Notes: generated from the sequence alone by a model not told the origin. A stretch of 64,000 bases of DNA from an uncultured Lachnospiraceae bacterium (GCA_948750055.1 CAPZVP010000002.1:30078-94077); one strand, 5' to 3'. Shown: positions 9,517 to 19,437, counted from the first letter of the stretch. A program made the numbers and translations.

Positions 9517-11055
9517 ATGAATAAAGTGTTGGAAAAATTACAGCGTCAAAGCGCCGGAGCCGGCAGGGCGCTGACAGAGCATATAGAACGGATACCGATG
9601 AAAAGAATGGCGATATATGCCGGGATCCTGCTGGCGGTATCTTTGCTGCCGCTGCTTTTGCTGGGCAGATATAACGTGATGTGTGCGGACGATTATGATT
9701 ACGGCAGGGCGGTACATGATACCTGGCTGGCGACCGGCTCCGTGTGGCAGTCGATCCGGACAGCGTGGCAGCAGAATATGACTTTTTACCGGGACTGGCA
9801 GGGGACTTATGTATCCTGTTTCCTGATGGCGCTTTCGCCCATGAATTTTCATTATGAGACGGCCTGGGTCGTGCCGGTGGTGATGGTCGGTATGTTTGCA
9901 GGCTCTACGTTTGTTCTGGGAAAACATATTTTGTGCAGATGGCTGGGTGCAGAGGGGGCAGGCGGCAGTTTTGTGATGTTTCTTCTGCTTTTTCTGTTCT
10001 ATCAGGTCCTGGAGGCTCCCTATGAGGGAATCTACTGGTACAATGGGGCCACACATTATGTGCTGATGCAGTCGGTGTGGTTTTTTACGCTGGCGGCGAT
10101 CTCGGCCGCCCTGTGGACGCCGAAAAAGTCCCGGGAAGTGCTTTTGTGTGTGATCGCGGCGCTGCTGGCGGTGATCGTGGGCGGCGGCAATCTGGTGACC
10201 GGACTGCAGGCGGAGATTCTGATGGTCTTTCTGCTGCTCTATGCGGTGGTCGTCAACCGCAGGAAGATCGTAGCGGTGGCGATTCCTTTCTGTACGGGTA
10301 CGGTCGGGTTTCTGTTCAATATACTGGCGCCGGGGAATATCCAGCGCAGCAGTCTGGATACGGATGAAGGGTATTCGGCGCTTGTGTCGGTGGTGCTGTC
10401 CTTTTACAATGCGGTGGTCTATATGATCCGCTGGACACCGGTGTTTGTGCTCCTGATCTGGCTGCTGCTGCTCCCGGCGCTCTGGAAAATGATGAAACAG
10501 TCCAGACGGACGTTTGCGCATCCGGTGCTGGTGACGTTTGGGGCTTTCTGCGTGCTTGCCGCCATGTTTACCCCGACTCTGTTTGCGCTGGGGATGGTGG
10601 GGCTGGCCAGAGTGGACAATATCATCCAGATGGTATATTATCTGTGCCTGTTTCTGGTGACAGCCTACTGGCTGGGGTATTTTGCCCACAGAGGGCGAAG
10701 CGGCGCGGGCGAGACGCTGGGCACTTTTCTGGAAAAGACGCGAGGCAGGATGACGGCGGCATTCCTGCTGCTGGTTCTTGTGGTGTGGTGTTTTACGGGG
10801 GATAAAAATACGTATGCCGGCATATCGGCACTGCGTTCGTTATATAACGGCGAGGCACAGACTTTCTATGAGGAAGCCATGGAACGGCACAGGATTTATG
10901 TGGATGAGACGGTGGTGGATGTGGAGATCAGGCCCTATTCCGCCAGGCCCGCCCTTTTTGACTTTAACGATCTGACGGAGGATGCCGGCAACTGGCTGAA
11001 TCTGGCGGTGATGCAGTACTACCATAAGGCTTATGTGAAACTGGTGGAGGAGTAA
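9517..11055 (+). CDS. Polytopic membrane protein, GT-C/DUF6056-like
   Basis: Many TM segments; ADDY in first extracytoplasmic loop; WQGTY, APGN motifs; close paralog at 61416-62897. Confidence 0.65.
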   Translation: MNKVLEKLQRQSAGAGRALTEHIERIPMKRMAIYAGILLAVSLLPLLLLGRYNVMCADDYDYGRAVHDTWLATGSVWQSIRTAWQQNMTFYRDWQGTYVSCFLMALSPMNFHYETAWVVPVVMVGMFAGSTFVLGKHILCRWLGAEGAGGSFVMFLLLFLFYQVLEAPYEGIYWYNGATHYVLMQSVWFFTLAAISAALWTPKKSREVLLCVIAALLAVIVGGGNLVTGLQAEILMVFLLLYAVVVNRRKIVAVAIPFCTGTVGFLFNILAPGNIQRSSLDTDEGYSALVSVVLSFYNAVVYMIRWTPVFVLLIWLLLLPALWKMMKQSRRTFAHPVLVTFGAFCVLAAMFTPTLFALGMVGLARVDNIIQMVYYLCLFLVTAYWLGYFAHRGRSGAGETLGTFLEKTRGRMTAAFLLLVLVVWCFTGDKNTYAGISALRSLYNGEAQTFYEEAMERHRIYVDETVVDVEIRPYSARPALFDFNDLTEDAGNWLNLAVMQYYHKAYVKLVEE

Positions 11056-11086
11056 GGAACGGTTGTTCCTGAGAAGGGAGGACATG

Positions 11087-11836
11087 ATGGCCGGTAAATT
11101 GAAACTGCCCAATGTCACGCTGGCGGCAATGACCAGCGTGGATCTGTATGAGACGATCAAAGCGATGCAGTACAGTATGCGGCAGATCGAGTTCGGGGAT
11201 GTGGTGCTGATCACCCACAGAAAACCGCTTACCCTGCCGCGCAGCATACGGTATTCCCATACATCGAAGCTGGACAATATTGATAAATTTAATTACAAAA
11301 TGGTCTATGAGCTGGGAGAGCATATTCATACGGACTATATGCTGCTGGTACATGCGGACGGTTTTGTGGTGCATCCGGAGAGCTGGCGGGAGGAATTTCT
11401 TCAGTATGATTACATCGGTTCGCCCTGGCCGCTGCCTGCAAATGACTATGCCTACCGCGACGCGAAGGGGCAGATCTGCCGGGTGGGTAACAGCGTTTCC
11501 ATCCGCAGCAAACGGCTGCTGGACTTCCCGAAACAGGCGGCTCTCAAGTGGGAAAAAATGGAAGACGACAACTACAACGAGGATACGTTTCTGTGCTGCA
11601 AATATAAAAATGTGATCGAGGACGCGGGTATGCGGTTTGCGCCGATCGAGGTGGCGAAATATTTCGGGCACGAGCATATGATTCCGGAAGTGATGGACGT
11701 GGAGGCGCCCTTTCTTTTTCATAAATGGCGGGGCCGAAACGCGCAGTATCCGAAGTTTGAGAACCCCTGGAAGGTCAGGTGGCAGAAGGTGAAGGATACG
11801 GTCAGGCCGTTTCTGTTCTGGCGCAGATGGAGGTAA
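11087..11836 (+). CDS. DUF5672-like putative glycosyltransferase
   Basis: HADGFV, YDYIGSPW, VGNSVSIRSKRLL, NEDTFLC motifs; GGGAGG RBS. Confidence 0.7.
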   Translation: MAGKLKLPNVTLAAMTSVDLYETIKAMQYSMRQIEFGDVVLITHRKPLTLPRSIRYSHTSKLDNIDKFNYKMVYELGEHIHTDYMLLVHADGFVVHPESWREEFLQYDYIGSPWPLPANDYAYRDAKGQICRVGNSVSIRSKRLLDFPKQAALKWEKMEDDNYNEDTFLCCKYKNVIEDAGMRFAPIEVAKYFGHEHMIPEVMDVEAPFLFHKWRGRNAQYPKFENPWKVRWQKVKDTVRPFLFWRRWR

Positions 11837-11838
11837 AA

Positions 11839-12780
11839 ATGATTTACGATTGCATCCCTTTTTTTAATGAACTGGATATTTTGAAGTTGAGAATGCAGAT
11901 CATGGCGCCTTATGTGGATAAATTTGTGCTGGAGGAGTCTACGGTGACTTTTTCCGGGGAGCCGAAGGAGATGATCTTTGCGAAGAACCGGGAGATGTTC
12001 CGGGAATTTGCGGATAAGATCGTCTATGTGGCGGTGGACAATTCGCCCATGAGCGGCGTGACGACCCATGAGCGGGACAAGTTTCAGAAGAATCAGCTGA
12101 TCCGCGGTATGCGTGGATGCAAACCTGACGATATTGTCATTTTCAGTGATGTGGATGAGATTCCGGATCCGCGGACGCTGCAGAAGGTGCTGGCGCATTT
12201 TGACGCTTCGAAAATATATCATCTGGCGCAGCGGATGTTCTACTGCTTCTTAAACATGGAAGAGATATCGGGCAATCTGCTGTCGATCACGGGAGAATTT
12301 CCGGGTGTGGAGAAGAAACAGTGGCTTGGCACGAAGGTCTGCAGCTTTGGCAGCCTGCCGGAGGAGGGGATCGTTTATCTGCGGGAGGTGTCTCCGGAAG
12401 ATCCGCGGAGCGTGCGGGTTGCGGACGGCGGCTGGCATTTCGGCTATATGGGAGGCGACGGCGAGCGGGATGTGGCGAAACGGATCGGCGTCAAGGTACA
12501 GGCGGCGGCCCATCAGGAATATAACAAAGCCAGATATTTGAAGGAAGCGGTGGACAGACTGCTGTGCGGGGAGGATATCTTCGGGCGGAATGCCAGATTC
12601 GTGCGGGTGCCCATCGACGAAAGCTATCCGGCATATCTGCGGGAGCATCAGGAGGAGTACGCCTTTTTGATGGCGCCGCAGATCGGAAGGGCAGGGATCC
12701 TTTGTAAGAAGACGAAGCTTCTCTGCATGCAGGGGATGCGTAGAGTGCATGGTGCGGCTGCGCGTTGTCTGGGCAGGTAG
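11839..12780 (+). CDS. GT17-like beta-1,4-N-acetylglucosaminyltransferase
   Basis: MIYDCIPFFNELDIL, TFSGEPK, SDVDEIP, GGWHF motifs; GGAGG RBS before ATG 11839. Confidence 0.85.
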   Translation: MIYDCIPFFNELDILKLRMQIMAPYVDKFVLEESTVTFSGEPKEMIFAKNREMFREFADKIVYVAVDNSPMSGVTTHERDKFQKNQLIRGMRGCKPDDIVIFSDVDEIPDPRTLQKVLAHFDASKIYHLAQRMFYCFLNMEEISGNLLSITGEFPGVEKKQWLGTKVCSFGSLPEEGIVYLREVSPEDPRSVRVADGGWHFGYMGGDGERDVAKRIGVKVQAAAHQEYNKARYLKEAVDRLLCGEDIFGRNARFVRVPIDESYPAYLREHQEEYAFLMAPQIGRAGILCKKTKLLCMQGMRRVHGAAARCLGR

Positions 12781-12867
12781 GCCCTGCCTTTGACGAAGTG
12801 CTGTTGAGAGCCGGACAGTAACGGATAGATCAAAGAGACAGGAAATGCGTAAGGAGGCGGAACAGGA

Positions 12868-14100
12868 ATGGAATTCTACCGAAAGCTGAAAAAAAGCAGG
12901 ATGCCGTGGTATCTTTTTTACGGCGGATTGACGATAGAGCTGCTCATTGTCATCGTGGACAAGAGCAATTTGATCAATCCGTTCGAGGGGCGGCTGTTCC
13001 AGATCACCTTTCTGATCTTTCTCCTGAAACTGCTGCTGACAGATTACAGCAAAAAAGAGTGGCATTGGATCGTGGGACTGGAGCTGCTGGTTTTTTTCTC
13101 ATATTGGGTGACGGGGGCCAATGAACTGATCCGGATCGTCACTTTCGTGGCCGCGTGCAAAAATATTCCGCTTAAACAGATGATGCGCTATGCCTTTTAT
13201 GTGACGCTGGCTGGCTGCGCGGTGATCGTGCTGCTCTCGGTGACGGGAATCTATGGGGATATCAGCCTGACACAGGCTTACGGGCGGGAGTCCGCGGAGA
13301 CGACCATCTACATCGGTGTGGAGCCGGCGAAAGAAACCCGGTATACGCTGGGCATGGGACATCCCAATGCATTATCCTGCATGTTCCTGATGCTGTTGGT
13401 GATGGCGGTCTATGTCTATTTCGAGAGGATGAAGTGGTATCTGTATCTGTTTCTGATGCTGCTTAATGTGGGCGTTTATGTGCTGTCCGGGTCCAAGACG
13501 AGTATGCTGATCACGACGGCTTTTCTGGCTGGAGCCTGCGCGCTGACATACTGTAGATTTCTGCGGGAGGATCGGTTCGGCTATCTGTGCGGCCTGCTGG
13601 TGTTCGCAGTCTGCATCGCCTTTTCCGTGGATGCGGCAGTCTGCGCCCAGAGAGTGCGGGATGTGCAGTGGAACGAATTCTATTACGGGGAACCGCTGGA
13701 CGACCGGCATATCGTGACGCTGGCAAAGATCGACCGCAGGATCAGCGGCAGGATCATTTCCCTGACCGATACGGAGGCCAACGACGGGATGATCCAGACC
13801 TGGTCGCTGTTTTCCAGGCCGGAAAATATGGAACATTATTTCGATATGGGCTGGGTGAAGGTGTTCTACCGCTACGGCATCGTGCCCGGCATCGTGTATC
13901 TGCTGGCGCATCTGGCGCTCCTGTGGCGGATCTACAGGAGAAAAGACGCCTGCGGCCTGGCGGTGTTTACGGTGCTGGCGGTCTATACCGTGGTGGAGGC
14001 ACATCTGGTGTCATTTTATATCGGCAGGAATTTCCTGCTTATGATGATGGGCTGGCACTTCTTTCCTGCGATTCCAGATAGCGCCGAAGATCGAGGATGA
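12868..14100 (+). CDS. Wzy-like polymerase / O-antigen ligase-like membrane protein
   Basis: About 10-11 TM; RYTLGMGHPN, SKTS, DMGW...YGI motifs typical of Firmicutes Wzy-like proteins. Confidence 0.65.
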   Translation: MEFYRKLKKSRMPWYLFYGGLTIELLIVIVDKSNLINPFEGRLFQITFLIFLLKLLLTDYSKKEWHWIVGLELLVFFSYWVTGANELIRIVTFVAACKNIPLKQMMRYAFYVTLAGCAVIVLLSVTGIYGDISLTQAYGRESAETTIYIGVEPAKETRYTLGMGHPNALSCMFLMLLVMAVYVYFERMKWYLYLFLMLLNVGVYVLSGSKTSMLITTAFLAGACALTYCRFLREDRFGYLCGLLVFAVCIAFSVDAAVCAQRVRDVQWNEFYYGEPLDDRHIVTLAKIDRRISGRIISLTDTEANDGMIQTWSLFSRPENMEHYFDMGWVKVFYRYGIVPGIVYLLAHLALLWRIYRRKDACGLAVFTVLAVYTVVEAHLVSFYIGRNFLLMMMGWHFFPAIPDSAEDRG

Positions 14101-15088
14101 GCTGCCTGGTGCGCAGCTTCGCGCCTTCATTTGTCAGGTGATAGGGCGTGTCGTAGAAATATTCGTAGTCCAGAAAGTAATCCCGGCAGTCCGAGATCAC
14201 AGGGCAGTCCAGCCGTTCTTCCAGCGTCGTCTGAAACCGGATATAGTCTTCCACAGGAGGCGTGTAGGCACAGTCCATAACGGGAAATCCGGCCACGAGC
14301 ATGACGGCGCCTCGCTCCGTTACATACTGGTTTAACGCATTCAGGCGGTCGATACAGACGCCCCCTACGGCCGGTGCATGAAGCGTGAACAATTCAAAAA
14401 ACTCTTCTTTTTCATATTGCGGCTTCGGCCGCTCGAAGCTGACATCCCCGTATTCATTAAAAGCCAGGCGGCTGTAGACTGTCCCGTGATCCTGCACATT
14501 GCCCTCCTTGGAAGTCCAGAGGGAAAAGACCCTTTTGGCATAATCGGGAAAGGAAAAGTACATGTCCGGAATATCTTTCCTGCGGATCAGCCGCCAGAGT
14601 TCGGGATGGTTTTCGACCGTCAGCCAGGCGATCACAGGATCGACGATGGTGTCGTCATCGTCATAGTCCGTGTGGCAGACGATGATAAGGTCGCCTTCTG
14701 TGATATTGACTTTCGCGATCTCTTCCTGAAAGGCATTGCCCAGACCGCCGTGCACGCCTGCATTCACCACCGGCATCTGAAAGGCTTCTTCCAGCAGGGA
14801 ACAGTCCATGCCGAAAGCCAGATTGGAGTTGCTGATCAGGACGATCTTAGGCTCCGTCAGGGACGTAAGCCGCTCCATCTTGTCCAACAGGGAGGCATTG
14901 TAGCTGTAGAGATACTGCGGCATGATGCCCTTTCCGAAGAGGAACAGCAGCGCCACAAAAAGGGCACACAGCTTCGCCAGAAAGAAAACCGTTGACCGTA
15001 CTGTCCGGGAGGATGCGGCAGCGCCGCTTACCCCTGCGGGATCAGAACTGGAAGTAGATAAATTGTGTCTGTTCATAAGATTCACCAT
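14039..15088 (-). CDS. Membrane-anchored SGNH-like protein, partner of adjacent MBOAT
   Basis: One TM; ISNSNLAFG block I variant; C-terminal DTPYHL; overlaps MBOAT stop. Confidence 0.65.
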   Translation of the reverse strand: MVNLMNRHNLSTSSSDPAGVSGAAASSRTVRSTVFFLAKLCALFVALLFLFGKGIMPQYLYSYNASLLDKMERLTSLTEPKIVLISNSNLAFGMDCSLLEEAFQMPVVNAGVHGGLGNAFQEEIAKVNITEGDLIIVCHTDYDDDDTIVDPVIAWLTVENHPELWRLIRRKDIPDMYFSFPDYAKRVFSLWTSKEGNVQDHGTVYSRLAFNEYGDVSFERPKPQYEKEEFFELFTLHAPAVGGVCIDRLNALNQYVTERGAVMLVAGFPVMDCAYTPPVEDYIRFQTTLEERLDCPVISDCRDYFLDYEYFYDTPYHLTNEGAKLRTRQLILDLRRYLESQERSASPSS

Positions 15089-16502
15089 ACGCTCCGAAGA
15101 AAATGATCACAAACAAGATAACGATACCAAATAACCAGCGGAAAGCAGAAGACTGCTGGAAAAAGAAGACCGTGAAGGAGGCCTTCGTCCTGTAAATGAC
15201 GGTGTCGATCCACAACAGCAGCAGAAGGGATGCCGCCAGCAGGGCAAAGGTCGGAAGGTCAGGGAAGATATCCAGGAAACCGAGGCTGAAAAGATCCCGG
15301 ATCCCGGGCTGTGTGACCGCATGACCAAGGAGGTCAAAAGCAGAACGAAGATTTGGCATACGGAAAAACAGCCAGGCAAGATCTGTCAAGAGGAAGGTGC
15401 CGATTTTTCGGCCAATATGAGTTGTTTCGGGCACCGAAGTTTTTCGAACGTGTTTAAGTAGATTACCAAATACAATATAAAGTCCATTCAGACCGCCCCA
15501 GATGACAAAGGTCCAATTGGCTCCATGCCAGAGACCGCTTAGAAGAAAAACAATCATTGTATTCAGGCAGGTGCGGAGTATTCCTTTGCGGCTGCCGCCA
15601 AGAGGGACATAGAGATAATCGCGAAGCCAGTTGTTTAATGTTATATGCCATCTGCGCCAGAATTCGGCAATGCTTTCGGAGTGAAAAGGAGCTATGAAAT
15701 TATCTGATAATTGGAAGCCGAAGGCTTTGGCGCTGCCCACAGCAATATAAGAATAACCATTGAAATCTCCGTAAATCTGAAAAGCAAACAGGAGTACGGC
15801 GAGCGCGATCTGCAGACCGGAATATTCCGTGTATGTGGAAAAAACAGGATTGATGATGGCGGCAATATTGTCGGAGATCACCAGCTTATAGAAAAGGCCG
15901 AGCAGGATCAGGCATAAGCCTTCTTTCAGATTCTGCAGGGAAAAGCGGGTGCCTCTGTGAATCTGCGGCAGGATGTCCCCGGCGCGTTCGATGGGACCGG
16001 AGATCAGCTTGGGGAAGAATGCCAGATAGAGGGCATATTTCAATAAATGCTTCTCTGCGGCTGTCGTGCCGCGGTATACGTCCACGGTGTAGCTGACGGA
16101 CTGGAACAGAATAAAGGAAATGCCGAGGGACAGCAGGCCGTGTACCGGAGCAAACTGCCTGTCCGTGTGCAGGGCCGTCAGGATCTGGTTGACGTTCTCC
16201 AACAGGAAATTCGTATATTTGCAGTAACCAAGCAGCCCCAGGTTACAAAATACCGTGAAGATCATAAGGCCTTTTGCCGTGCGGGGACGTCCGGCGGCTC
16301 TGACTCTGGCAAGCAGAAGGCCGCTGCCGTAGGAAAGCAGGATGATCGCTCCGAGCAGGAGCAGATAGCGGCTGTCCGCACTGGCATAGAAAAAGCAGCT
16401 GGCAGCCAGAAGCCACAGGTAACGGACTCTGGGCGGCAGCAGGAAGTAAACGATATAGACGATCGGAAAAAACAATAAATAGGCAAAAGAATGGAAAACC
16501 AT
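15042..16502 (-). CDS. MBOAT family O-acyltransferase (AlgI/PatA/DltB-like)
   Basis: MVFHS, GISF, FFPKLISGPI, DFNGYS, FWRRWHITL, YVPLGG, LWHGANWTF motifs; GGAGAG RBS. Confidence 0.93.
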   Translation of the reverse strand: MVFHSFAYLLFFPIVYIVYFLLPPRVRYLWLLAASCFFYASADSRYLLLLGAIILLSYGSGLLLARVRAAGRPRTAKGLMIFTVFCNLGLLGYCKYTNFLLENVNQILTALHTDRQFAPVHGLLSLGISFILFQSVSYTVDVYRGTTAAEKHLLKYALYLAFFPKLISGPIERAGDILPQIHRGTRFSLQNLKEGLCLILLGLFYKLVISDNIAAIINPVFSTYTEYSGLQIALAVLLFAFQIYGDFNGYSYIAVGSAKAFGFQLSDNFIAPFHSESIAEFWRRWHITLNNWLRDYLYVPLGGSRKGILRTCLNTMIVFLLSGLWHGANWTFVIWGGLNGLYIVFGNLLKHVRKTSVPETTHIGRKIGTFLLTDLAWLFFRMPNLRSAFDLLGHAVTQPGIRDLFSLGFLDIFPDLPTFALLAASLLLLLWIDTVIYRTKASFTVFFFQQSSAFRWLFGIVILFVIIFFGAYGESYEQTQFIYFQF

Positions 16503-16534
16503 GGCAGTCTCTCCTGGATTTTGTGTCTTTTACA

Positions 16535-16562
16535 ATTTTAGCAGAATTCACAAATAATGCAA
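16535..16562 (-). promoter_or_regulatory. SigA-type promoter for the MBOAT/SGNH cassette
   Basis: Minus strand TTGCAT-16 nt-TAAAAT with TGn extended -10, about 30 nt upstream of the MBOAT start. Confidence 0.5.
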
Positions 16563-16580
16563 TCGGAAAGTGGAACAGCC

Positions 16581-16609
16581 TTGAAAACCAATCGGAAAAA
16601 TGCTATTCT
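16581..16609 (+). promoter_or_regulatory. SigA-type promoter for the 16692+ operon
   Basis: TTGAAA-17 nt-TATTCT with TGn extended -10. Confidence 0.6.
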
Positions 16610-16691
16610 TAGATAATATATCCTGATTTTTACAGTGCTGGAAAGGTCAGGAAAATGGTTTGCGGATTGTGGAAGGAAAGATGGATTCCTT

Positions 16692-17786
16692 ATGGAAAGA
16701 ACTGCGAAGAGAAGAAAAACGAAGATCTGCATGGTTGTTCCCAATGCCGCCGTCAAGGGCGGGATCGCGTCGGTGGTGAACGGCTATAGAGGATCGGCGC
16801 TGGAGAAGCGTTTTAAGATCTGCTATGTGGAGTCTTACTGTGACGGGAGCAGACTGCGGAAGCTTGGTAAGGCGCTTGCGGGTTACGGCGCCTTTATCCG
16901 GCAGCTTCTTTTACAGAGGCCGGATGTGGTGCATATCCATTCCTCCTTCGGCCCCAGCTTTTACCGGAAGATGCCTTTTATCTATCTGAGCTGCCTGTTC
17001 CGTGTCCCGGTGGTCAATCACATCCATGGGGCGGAGTTTGACGATTTCTATACGCAGGCGTCCGGCAGTAAGCGAAAGCTGGTGGGCACGGTCTACCGGC
17101 AATGCGACAGACTGCTTGTCCTGTCGGAGGAGTGGAAGAAACAGATGGCCTGTATCGTGCCGGCAGAGAGGATCACGGTGCTGGAGAACTACTGTCTGAT
17201 CCCTGAGGTTCCTTTTGACAGGGGAAGAGACGGCAGGCAGGTTCTTTTTGTGGGAGAGCTGGGACGAAGGAAAGGATGCTACGACATGCCGGCGATCTGG
17301 GAGCGGGTGACGGCGAAGGTGCCCTCGGCGCGGCTTGTGATGGCGGGCGACGGCGAGATGGAGCCGGTGCGGCAGGGGTTTGCGCGCAGCGGGCTTTTGG
17401 AACATGTAACCTTTCCAGGCTGGGTGAGAGGGCAGGAGAAGGCGCGTCTGTTTGCGGAGAGCGCGGTGTTCCTTTTTCCCACTTACAATGAGGGTATGCC
17501 GATGGTGGTGCTGGAGGCGATGAGTTACGGGCTGGGGATTGTGACGACGACAGTTGGCGGTATCCCCGGGCTGATCCAGGACGGCACAAGCGGCAGACTC
17601 TGCCGGCCTGGTGACGTGGAGGGGATGGCAGAGGCGGTGATCCGGCTTCTGGAGGAGGACGCCGTCAGAGAAGCATCCGGCGGGACGGCAAGGAAGAACG
17701 CGGTGCAGCATTACAGTCTGGAACGGCATCTGGAGAAACTGGGCAGAGTCTATGAGTCTGTTGCGCGAAAAGGCCGCAGGGCATAA
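16692..17786 (+). CDS. GT4 family glycosyltransferase
   Basis: GGIASV; HIHG; PTYNEGMPMVVLEAM (Ex7E). Confidence 0.9.
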   Translation: MERTAKRRKTKICMVVPNAAVKGGIASVVNGYRGSALEKRFKICYVESYCDGSRLRKLGKALAGYGAFIRQLLLQRPDVVHIHSSFGPSFYRKMPFIYLSCLFRVPVVNHIHGAEFDDFYTQASGSKRKLVGTVYRQCDRLLVLSEEWKKQMACIVPAERITVLENYCLIPEVPFDRGRDGRQVLFVGELGRRKGCYDMPAIWERVTAKVPSARLVMAGDGEMEPVRQGFARSGLLEHVTFPGWVRGQEKARLFAESAVFLFPTYNEGMPMVVLEAMSYGLGIVTTTVGGIPGLIQDGTSGRLCRPGDVEGMAEAVIRLLEEDAVREASGGTARKNAVQHYSLERHLEKLGRVYESVARKGRRA

Positions 17787-17857
17787 CTTTTAGAAAGACA
17801 GCCGGCAGCGCTGCAGTCTGTAAAGACAGGGCAGCGGGAAGGCATGAGGGATAGAAG

Positions 17858-18409
17858 ATGGATCGGGTGGGACATGTGTTAAAGAGCGCAGCAAAGATAT
17901 TATATTGGAAATGCCGTTACGGCAGCAGGTTTCAGGCGGCGCCGGTGCAGGGATTTGACCGGCTGTATCTTGAGCTTGCGCCGAAGGCACAGATTTCTCT
18001 GGCGGAACGCATCCAGAACAGGGGGATGCTCTATCTGCTCTGCGGACAGGGAGGCAGGCTGCGGATCGGCGCCCATGTTTTTTTTAATACGAACTGCAGC
18101 GTGTCCTGTATGGGAGAGATACGCATAGGGGAGTATTGTAAAATAGGCAACAACGTGGTGATCGTGGATCACGACCATAATTATAAGGATCAGAGCAGTG
18201 AATTTCTGATCGGAAGCATCGTTATCGGGAACCGGGTATGGATCGGGGCTAACTGTACGATCCTGCAGGGAGCGCAGATCGGGGACGACTGCGTCATTGC
18301 GGCGGGCAGCATCGTCAAGGGCGTAGTGCCTGCGGGAAGCGTATACGCCCAGAAGCGGCAGACGACGGTGACGGACAAAAGAGCCGGTTCGGGAAAGGCA
18401 GGGGTATAG
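17858..18409 (+). CDS. Hexapeptide-repeat (LbetaH) sugar O-acetyltransferase
   Basis: DHDH followed by IVIGNRVWIGANCTIL..IGDDCVIAAGSIV hexapeptide repeats. Confidence 0.88.
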   Translation: MDRVGHVLKSAAKILYWKCRYGSRFQAAPVQGFDRLYLELAPKAQISLAERIQNRGMLYLLCGQGGRLRIGAHVFFNTNCSVSCMGEIRIGEYCKIGNNVVIVDHDHNYKDQSSEFLIGSIVIGNRVWIGANCTILQGAQIGDDCVIAAGSIVKGVVPAGSVYAQKRQTTVTDKRAGSGKAGV

Positions 18410-18417
18410 GATCAGGC

Positions 18418-19437
18418 ATGAACAGTCAATACAGGATCAGTGTGATCGTACCTGTTTATAATAAAAAAGAGTATCTGGGAGCGTGCGTCGACAGCATTCT
18501 CGGGCAGACATACAGAAATCTGGAGCTTGTGCTGGTGGACGACGCTTCCACGGACGGCAGCGGGGCGCTGTGCGACCAGTATGCCGCAAAGGATGGCAGG
18601 GTGCGGGTCATACACCGTCAAAACGGCGGGCCGACGGCTGCCTGCGTGACGGGGATGGAACAGGCGGGCGGCAGCCATTTCATGTTCATAGACAGCGACG
18701 ACTATGTGGATCCCTGTATGCTGGAGGAGATGGGTAAGCATTTGACCGGCAGGACGGGTGAGATCGTGTGCTGCGACCATGTACTGGAAAAGAGGAAAAA
18801 GACGCTGCCCGTGGCATCCGGCGCAGAACCGGGCGTCTACGAGGGGGCAGAACTGGAAGCGGAGATCAAGGCGAAGCTGCTTGGCAGGGAACAGAGGCTT
18901 CTGCCCATGTCCCGCTGTATGAAACTGTGCGAGAGGTCTGTTTTTGCGGGAAATGAGAAATACTATGATATGACGGTTCGCATGGGGGACGATTTTCATC
19001 TGATTTACCCGGCGTTTCTGAACAGTACCCGGGTGGTGGTCATGGAACAGGCGTTTTATTATCACTACCGGTATGTAGGAGATTCCATTGTGCACGGCTA
19101 TGATGCCGGTATGTACAGAAGTGTCGAGGCATGGAGGCGGGCCATGGAGAGGATCGTCGCCGATAAAGGCGTGAAGGACGGAGAAGAGAAGCTGCGCAGG
19201 GAATACTGCTATATGCTGATGCTGGTGATGAAGAATGAGCTGAGAAATCCCGGCCGGGATTACGGCACACGCATCCGGCAGATCTTCCGGGACGGAGCGG
19301 TTAGAGCATGTATTATGAATACGCCTCTGTCCGTACAGGAGCGCTCCAACCAGCTGATGTATCTGGGGATGCGGTATCCGGACAGGCTGTTTCTGTGGCT
19401 GCTGCGGATGGTCTTAAGGCTGCACGACAGAGGCTGA
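18418..19437 (+). CDS. GT2 family glycosyltransferase
   Basis: ISVIVPVYN, VDDASTD, FIDSDD. Confidence 0.92.
   Translation: MNSQYRISVIVPVYNKKEYLGACVDSILGQTYRNLELVLVDDASTDGSGALCDQYAAKDGRVRVIHRQNGGPTAACVTGMEQAGGSHFMFIDSDDYVDPCMLEEMGKHLTGRTGEIVCCDHVLEKRKKTLPVASGAEPGVYEGAELEAEIKAKLLGREQRLLPMSRCMKLCERSVFAGNEKYYDMTVRMGDDFHLIYPAFLNSTRVVVMEQAFYYHYRYVGDSIVHGYDAGMYRSVEAWRRAMERIVADKGVKDGEEKLRREYCYMLMLVMKNELRNPGRDYGTRIRQIFRDGAVRACIMNTPLSVQERSNQLMYLGMRYPDRLFLWLLRMVLRLHDRG

Noticed and set aside
6531..12788. Small intergenic hairpins (about 6531-6548, 8400-8421, 12772-12788) as terminators
   Set aside because: Stems of only about 6 bp with no U-tract, inside apparent operons
15042..16502. MBOAT as part of a dlt D-alanylation operon
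   Set aside because: No DltA ligase or DltC carrier protein in the window
14039..16630. Inverted MBOAT cassette as a recombinase-flipped invertible segment
   Set aside because: No flanking inverted repeats recognised and no site-specific recombinase in the window
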